Source: a virus (lineage: Duplodnaviria; Caudoviricetes). From it: a DNA stretch of 64,000 nt. Shown in pieces: positions 58,608-64,000 of the stretch; the stretch's first letter is position 1, and each line of letters begins with the position of its first letter. The position numbers and the translations under genes are program-made. The stretch lies in IMG/VR virus record IMGVR_UViG_3300046007_004004, positions 802 to 64,801 of that record; one strand, 5' to 3'. The notes beneath the pieces were generated by a model. The model had not been told where the DNA came from. It searched no databases and was given only the letters and a program-made list of their open reading frames with translations.

Positions 58608-59029
58608 GTTGGTTCCCCTACAAATATTTTTGCCTGCTCTTTTACCATATTGAGCATGTTATATGCACCATTACGGCGATTCATGCTTAGTATATTACCT
58701 AAATCAAGTTCTGTCATCAGATTACGGTCATTCTCAACGATATCTTTTGGACTGCTGCCACTATAGATATCGCTGACTAATGACACTGTGCCCTTCACGA
58801 TAGCTGCATCACTATCACATAGATACTGAATAGTGCCATTTTCATATTTAGGCACAAGCCATACTTGGCTCATGCACCCATGCACCTTGAAATTTTCTAA
58901 TCTAAACTCTTCTGGAAATGGCTTGGCTTTACGTCCTAAGTCGATAAGGAACTTATAACGTTCAGTATTATCAACAAACATTGATAATATTGTTTTATAC
59001 TGATCTATCTTTTGATTTATCAACGCCAT
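58604..59029 (-). CDS. sufE: SufE-like cysteine desulfuration protein
   Basis: RY..LIDLG, VHGCMSQVW, DSDA.IVKG, R.NG. Confidence 0.9.
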   Translation of the reverse strand: MALINQKIDQYKTILSMFVDNTERYKFLIDLGRKAKPFPEEFRLENFKVHGCMSQVWLVPKYENGTIQYLCDSDAAIVKGTVSLVSDIYSGSSPKDIVENDRNLMTELDLGNILSMNRRNGAYNMLNMVKEQAKIFVGEPT

Positions 59030-59232
59030 CCCCTCGCTACGATTACTCCATATCTAAACATATGTTTTTCGACATCATGCTTTTCCAATGCTTCTTCAAC
59101 TAATTTTATCATCTTTTCGCTATTACCGCAAATGATTTCCAATGGAAATTCTTTTTGATTCATATAAACAAAATCTTCAACCATGACTGTTACATCACAG
59201 TGGCGAATACCATGTAAATCAAGCTTTCTCAT
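59020..59232 (-). CDS. Smr-like small domain protein
   Basis: LDLHG...IICG.S. Confidence 0.65.
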   Translation of the reverse strand: MRKLDLHGIRHCDVTVMVEDFVYMNQKEFPLEIICGNSEKMIKLVEEALEKHDVEKHMFRYGVIVARGWR

Positions 59233-59575
59233 TTGGTATAAAGTTTTTGTCTACGCTCGGTAAACAACCTGCAACTATCCACCACCAAAAATTGATAAAT
59301 GGTACAAACCATAATAGTACCCATAATACATGTATATCAGCATCACGGCAACGCCTTATAGTGGTTGCTAGTGTTAGCCACACACTACCAACTAACCAGG
59401 CTAATGTTAGCACGATAATAAGAAAGCCACCGGTCATGGGACTAGCAAAAGCAACTATACCTGCTAATATAACTGAGACAACATATACCATCCAACCTAC
59501 AAAAAATGTAAGTAGTGTAGTTGCCCAATATTCTTGGCGTTTTGCTAAACCTTGAAAACTAAAATATTTTGTCAT
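59219..59575 (-). CDS. DUF805-like membrane protein
   Basis: YFSF.G.A.R.EYW...RR..D. Confidence 0.8.
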   Translation of the reverse strand: MTKYFSFQGLAKRQEYWATTLLTFFVGWMVYVVSVILAGIVAFASPMTGGFLIIVLTLAWLVGSVWLTLATTIRRCRDADIHVLWVLLWFVPFINFWWWIVAGCLPSVDKNFIPNEKA

Positions 59576-59963
59576 CAGTGATCTCTCCTATTCTTTTATA
59601 ACCCTTAGTAGTTGGATGCACGCCGTCATTTGACAAATATGGAATACGTAAAGTCCAATCTTCAAACATCTCGGCGACATTTTCTACTGTTTGCTGAATC
59701 TCTAAATTATTAGCGGGTAGTATCCAATATACTTTATCTGCTTGAACACGATTACGCAAGTTGATCAATTCATTGATCGTCTTGATATTTTTATAGTCAT
59801 TAGATCCTAGACTGATCACTACAATTTTGGCAGCAAAATCAATCTTATATTTTCTATTGAAATCTCGGCTATTGATTCCAACTTGCGCATAACTATCACA
59901 TTCTGGTCTTGTAGAATGTGCCCCTACAGCTATGCTATCACCAAGAAATAGACACTCAATCAT
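59559..59963 (-). CDS. SGNH/GDSL hydrolase
   Basis: GDSI, SLGSND, DGVHP..GY. Confidence 0.8.
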   Translation of the reverse strand: MIECLFLGDSIAVGAHSTRPECDSYAQVGINSRDFNRKYKIDFAAKIVVISLGSNDYKNIKTINELINLRNRVQADKVYWILPANNLEIQQTVENVAEMFEDWTLRIPYLSNDGVHPTTKGYKRIGEITDDKIF

Positions 59964-60430
59964 TCTGTATACCTCTTTTGATTTTCTGCTTGCCAAACAC
60001 GCTCACGCAAGTTCGTGCTACTGAAACTATGATCTCTTCCATTGAACACAAGTTTTATCTTACGCTTCTCGCAAATTGCTCGACCAGTGAACTCACTTTG
60101 CATATACTCAACACCTAATATGCGAACGTCAATTGGTAATGTGAGCAATATATCTTCTAAATCTTTTTCACTATTATAGACAACAATTTCATCTACAAAA
60201 CGAACTGCGCTTAGTTGAATCTGACGTTCAACTAAACTCTGAATAGGTGCGTTCTTTTGTGGTCTATCCCAGCTTGCGTTATTTTGCAATCCGCAAATCA
60301 AGTAATCACAGTGATATTTTGCTTCTGCTAACATAGCAATATGACCTGCATGTAATAGGTCAAACTGACTAAAGGTAATACCAATAGTCAGTCCTTTATC
60401 CTTTAATTCTTTTACTTTGTTGAATATCAT
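59960..60430 (-). CDS. tagD: second TagD-like cytidylyltransferase
   Basis: FDLLHAGH, RDHSFSST. Confidence 0.85.
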   Translation of the reverse strand: MIFNKVKELKDKGLTIGITFSQFDLLHAGHIAMLAEAKYHCDYLICGLQNNASWDRPQKNAPIQSLVERQIQLSAVRFVDEIVVYNSEKDLEDILLTLPIDVRILGVEYMQSEFTGRAICEKRKIKLVFNGRDHSFSSTNLRERVWQAENQKRYTE

Positions 60431-60666
60431 CTTTTCAACTCACTCCATACACGTTTTTTATCTTGTTCTTCTAACCATTCTTCTTCGCCGCTAAATGTAG
60501 GCTGACGCTTTAACATTTCATCAAGCAACCACTTGACTTCATACAATTCTTTTTTGAGTGCCCAAGATACAAAACCATCATTGTAAGTACTACAGATTTC
60601 TCCATGAGCCCTCATCAGTTGCATCTTTACATCATTTACTTCTAGCGGTTTCCTGAATCCCATTTG
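60427..60666 (-). CDS. hypothetical protein
   Basis: YNDGF...K.ELY...F.GEEEW. Confidence 0.6.
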   Translation of the reverse strand, partial: QMGFRKPLEVNDVKMQLMRAHGEICSTYNDGFVSWALKKELYEVKWLLDEMLKRQPTFSGEEEWLEEQDKKRVWSELKR

Positions 60667-60814
60667 CCACCTTGTTGGTATCAATAATAATTTCTAATGC
60701 CTGCTTAAGCAACTTCTCTAGTTCCCAAAGTTTCTTTTCGTTGAGTTCTAGTTTGGCTTCTAATGTACAGACCTTAGTGAATAACTCTGTGTCGAAATCA
60801 CTTCCTTCTTTCAT
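60632..60814 (-). CDS. small coiled-coil protein
   Basis: ORF coupled to folE. Confidence 0.55.
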   Translation of the reverse strand: MKEGSDFDTELFTKVCTLEAKLELNEKKLWELEKLLKQALEIIIDTNKVANGIQETARSK

Positions 60815-61491
60815 TTGCAGCCTGCTCTTGCGATATTGTAAAACTCTTGTCTAGCAGCAGGATCAGTCTTGAATCCTCCACCTAAACGACTAGTGACAGT
60901 TGAACTACCAGTATCCTCGACACCGCGACTCTTGACACAATAATGCTGCGCGTCAATCATGACGGCAACATCTTCTGTCTCAAGGATAAAGCAAAGTGTG
61001 TGGAAAATCTGTTCAGTCAGTCGCTCTTGAATCTGTGGACGCTTACTGAAGTATTCAACAATACGATTGATCTTACTAAGACCAAGCACTTTCTTTTTAG
61101 GGACATATGCTACCGTTGCAAGACCATCGATGACAACAAAGTGATGTTCGCAATTGCTTTGTACATTGACATTGCGCTCTACGACCATCTCGTTATAGTG
61201 CATCTTGTTATCTACAGTTGTACATTTTGGAAATGCTTCATAATCTAGACCCCAAAAAATTTCATTTGTATACATTTTGGCAACACGCTTGGGTGTTTCT
61301 GCTAGACTATCATCACTTAGATCAAGACCTAATGTTCGCATGATTGCTGCGAAATGGCCTTCAATGATGTCAATCTTTTCTTTACGGTCTAGTGTATTTT
61401 CTTTTGTAGGCGTTTCTACGCCGACACTAACTAGATATTCGTGAACACGGTTGCCCAACTCGGGATCGGTCTTTGTCTTATTATAACTCAT
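60811..61491 (-). CDS. folE: GTP cyclohydrolase I
   Basis: ETPKRVAKMY, CEHH, GLSK..R, QIQERLT, HYCV.SRG. Confidence 0.96.
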   Translation of the reverse strand: MSYNKTKTDPELGNRVHEYLVSVGVETPTKENTLDRKEKIDIIEGHFAAIMRTLGLDLSDDSLAETPKRVAKMYTNEIFWGLDYEAFPKCTTVDNKMHYNEMVVERNVNVQSNCEHHFVVIDGLATVAYVPKKKVLGLSKINRIVEYFSKRPQIQERLTEQIFHTLCFILETEDVAVMIDAQHYCVKSRGVEDTGSSTVTSRLGGGFKTDPAARQEFYNIARAGCK

Positions 61492-61563
61492 TGTCTTTCT
61501 CCTTCCTTACACGGATAAAAATTGTATAAACATGCTACCGTTGTGTAGCATATGTATTTATTG

Positions 61564-62325
61564 TCAATCAATATAACCCTTATTTTTAAGATAAGGAATC
61601 ATGATTTTGTCAACTAAAGCTTTATTTTGTTCTGTAGATGGATGCGTTCCTAATTCTTTTATTTCAGGGTACCCGGATTCATTTATAAACCAGTCCCATG
61701 CATTGTCAATAGGTAACCATTGGTTCCAGTCTATCATATCATGTAAATTTTGTATATCTGGGTGCAATGGTAATTTAAGATCATTATCATTAAAACTTGT
61801 TCTAAAAGTCCATTGGTTAATATTAGTGAAAAAATACTTAATCTTCAATTTTTCACATAGCCACTGTACCCTTAATATATTTTCTAAAGTTTGGATCGCG
61901 CTACCCTTATAGTCATAAAAATTTTTATAATAATTTTTACTTAATTCATCGTCCCATAATGGCTGTATTAGGTAATAATTTTTATTTGGATCTTCCATAT
62001 CTATGCTACAAGGATTACTATAATTATAAATTCCCCAATCTATTTTACAATAGTCGTATGGTTTAGTTTCTGAGAAAAATTCTTGTCTCGTATGACTACT
62101 CCACATGATGCCAACCAAAATTTCTTCTGGTTTATATGATTTTAAAACTTTATTAATGTAGTAAATAGCTCTTTTACTAATAATACCATTACTACCTGCA
62201 CCCTGACCAAGATATAAGACTTCACAACCTAAAAATTCTGCTAAAGGTTTTGGCCAGTTTGTTGCTGTGTTCGGTACTTGTGTATAACTACAGCCTAAAG
62301 TTATTAGTAATTTAGGATTTGCCAT
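61564..62325 (-). CDS. SGNH-hydrolase-like protein
   Basis: LGCSYT, GAGSN, MWS...R, HP. Confidence 0.65.
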   Translation of the reverse strand: MANPKLLITLGCSYTQVPNTATNWPKPLAEFLGCEVLYLGQGAGSNGIISKRAIYYINKVLKSYKPEEILVGIMWSSHTRQEFFSETKPYDYCKIDWGIYNYSNPCSIDMEDPNKNYYLIQPLWDDELSKNYYKNFYDYKGSAIQTLENILRVQWLCEKLKIKYFFTNINQWTFRTSFNDNDLKLPLHPDIQNLHDMIDWNQWLPIDNAWDWFINESGYPEIKELGTHPSTEQNKALVDKIMIPYLKNKGYID

Positions 62326-63352
62326 TTGCGAATACACCGTTGTATTGCTGCGTCACTCTTACAAAAGTCGTACACTTGCTTAGATTTTTTAAACTATCGG
62401 CGCCTACGTATGTGCATGTACTGCGTATACCACCTAGTATATCAAGGACAGTACTACTTACTGGGCCGCGATATGGAACACGTACTGTACGACCTTCGCT
62501 ACTACGATACTCAGCAACACCACCATTATGTTTATTCATGGCAGTATCGCTGCTCATACCATAAAACATACGATATTGCTTATCCCCTTCTAGGATGATT
62601 TCTCCACCGCCCTCATCATGTCCAGCAAACATGCCGCCTAGCATCACAAAATCAGCCCCGGCGCCAAAGGCTTTAGCGACATCACCAGGGCAAGTGCAGC
62701 CACCATCAGCAATAATATGACCACCAAGACCATGAGCCGCATCGGCGCACTCAATGATTGCTGAGAGTTGAGGATATCCCACACCAGTTTGTATGCGAGT
62801 AGTACACACACTGCCAGGACCAATGCCAACTTTAATGATATCTGCTCCACGTAATATCAACTCCTGCGTCATATCTGCTGTAACAACATTACCAGCAATA
62901 ATAGTTTTCTTTGGATACTTTTCACGAATCTTACTAACGAATATACCAAAATGTTCGCTATAACCATTTGCCACGTCAATACAGATATATTGAATTTCTG
63001 GATATACATTAAAAATCTGTTGTAATCTTTCTAAATCTTTATCACTGGTACCAGTACTGACAGCAAAATAGTCAGTACCAATCTTAAAAATACTATCAGC
63101 AATCATATCAAATGTATGACTCTTAGTCAAACAAGTGAATAGTTTGTGACGGCTGATTTCTTCAGCCATAGTAAGTGTGCCAACACCGTCCATGTTAGCA
63201 GCCATGATGGGGATACCGTTATAGACTTTGCCGCTATGTTTGAAAGTATACTTGCGTTCAAGGTCTACTTCTTTGCGGCTACTCAACGTACTACGTTTAG
63301 GACGGAATAGTACGTCTTTAAAATCTAACTTGATATCTTCTTCAATTCTCAT
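62312..63352 (-). CDS. guaC: GMP reductase
   Basis: [40 protein letters not shown]. Confidence 0.96.
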   Translation of the reverse strand: MRIEEDIKLDFKDVLFRPKRSTLSSRKEVDLERKYTFKHSGKVYNGIPIMAANMDGVGTLTMAEEISRHKLFTCLTKSHTFDMIADSIFKIGTDYFAVSTGTSDKDLERLQQIFNVYPEIQYICIDVANGYSEHFGIFVSKIREKYPKKTIIAGNVVTADMTQELILRGADIIKVGIGPGSVCTTRIQTGVGYPQLSAIIECADAAHGLGGHIIADGGCTCPGDVAKAFGAGADFVMLGGMFAGHDEGGGEIILEGDKQYRMFYGMSSDTAMNKHNGGVAEYRSSEGRTVRVPYRGPVSSTVLDILGGIRSTCTYVGADSLKNLSKCTTFVRVTQQYNGVFANGKS

Positions 63353-63513
63353 TTTCTCTGATGCTCTTCGTAATAGGTAAAGGAACAAATTGCGCTACAA
63401 AAATATATTGTAACATTTTGTTCCTTTGTTGTATAATATTTCGGATGACCCCACTCATCGATAGTAGTGGGGTTAAAGTCCTTGTAAGTTCTTTTACAAA
63501 CTTCGCAAATCAA
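63349..63513 (-). CDS. 54-aa TRASH/YHS-like metal-binding protein (not in ORF track)
   Basis: TTG start; MICEVC...YFCSAIC; stop overlaps the guaC ATG. Confidence 0.55.
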   Translation of the reverse strand: MICEVCKRTYKDFNPTTIDEWGHPKYYTTKEQNVTIYFCSAICSFTYYEEHQRK

Positions 63514-63516
63514 ATA

Positions 63517-63705
63517 TTAGCCCTTTGCTTCCTTACGTGCGTTCTTTGTAGCTGTGATTTCGTTACGGCGTGCCTTGACAGCCTTAGCGAGTTCACCTAG
63601 AGCCTTACGTGCGCGTGTACCGGCAGCGTTATTGCCCTTCTCAAACTTCTCATGTTCAACTTGATAGTCGGCTATTCTAGCCAAAATGTCATCATGTGCG
63701 CTCAT
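63517..63705 (-). CDS. histone H1-like Hc1 protein
   Basis: KGNNAAGTRARKAL.EL....KARR. Confidence 0.8.
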   Translation of the reverse strand: MSAHDDILARIADYQVEHEKFEKGNNAAGTRARKALGELAKAVKARRNEITATKNARKEAKG

Positions 63706-64000
63706 TTCTTTTCTCCTACATTGTTAAAAGTTAATTCAATCGTACCACCTTGCTCAAACTGATTCCAAGCAAGAATTTCTTTACCACCATTGCTGCTTTG
63801 TACGAACACAGTACCGTTCGCATTAGCAGTCATAGTAATTGTTTGACCATTCGGATCCATCCAACCGCGATCTACCCATACACCAGCAGTGGGACCAAAA
63901 CTCGCACTACCTTGCATGAACCATACGTTCGGCTGTTGCCAGAACTTCAATGCGTTAGTGTTGTTTACATCACTAGTTGTATTTGTCCAATTTTTTCTTC
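63702..64000 (-). CDS. hypothetical protein, 5' end outside window
   Basis: Frame is open to the window edge. Confidence 0.55.
   Translation of the reverse strand, partial: RKNWTNTTSDVNNTNALKFWQQPNVWFMQGSASFGPTAGVWVDRGWMDPNGQTITMTANANGTVFVQSSNGGKEILAWNQFEQGGTIELTFNNVGEKK

Noticed and set aside
61530-61552. SAM/SAH riboswitch (CACAACGG match)
   Set aside because: Lacks the following CUUCCUGGCG and GGAGCA elements
63353-63516. Riboswitch upstream of guaC (three hairpins including an 11-bp stem)
   Set aside because: The gap is exactly filled by a 54-aa CxxC...CxxxC ORF coupled to guaC, and no purine-riboswitch core was recognised. Dual use is not excluded.
1-64000. Alternative genetic code, tRNA genes, introns or inteins
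   Set aside because: Known genes are intact and densely packed under code 11, with TAA, TGA and TAG all used as stops. No cloverleaf/T-loop pattern or interrupted core gene was seen by eye.

Overview
64 kb slice of a large, AT-rich lytic tailed-phage genome (jumbo/T4-like style), read with the standard genetic code. Almost all genes are on the minus strand and tightly packed. The host is probably proteobacterial (inferred from sigma70 promoters with IHF boxes, an ErpA-type gene and a ROSE-like leader). Left to right: (1) collagen-like tail fibres; (2) a block of enzymes sharing a T4 internal-protein-like N-terminal leader (MRAxEFIxE), including ART-like, GNAT+kinase, SOD and nucleotidase proteins; (3) IF-1 and nucleotide salvage genes; (4) a 4 kb array of mini-genes joined by a repeated HFGVE/GGAG/ATGAACGA junction, containing a three-block scaffold family with two hypervariable loops; (5) ClpP, ClpS, Hsp20, bS21 and ClpX; (6) a membrane protein with a probable -1 frameshift; (7) DNA ligase; (8) a helicase-nuclease plus pseudo-methyltransferase plus methyltransferase cluster; (9) RNase H and UvsE; (10) a modular Gp88-like protein; (11) a FolE/QueD/QueE, glycosyltransferase and nucleotide-sugar region ending in guaC and Hc1. 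No tRNA, rRNA, CRISPR array or integrase was recognised. All calls come from reading motifs by eye; no database searches were run.
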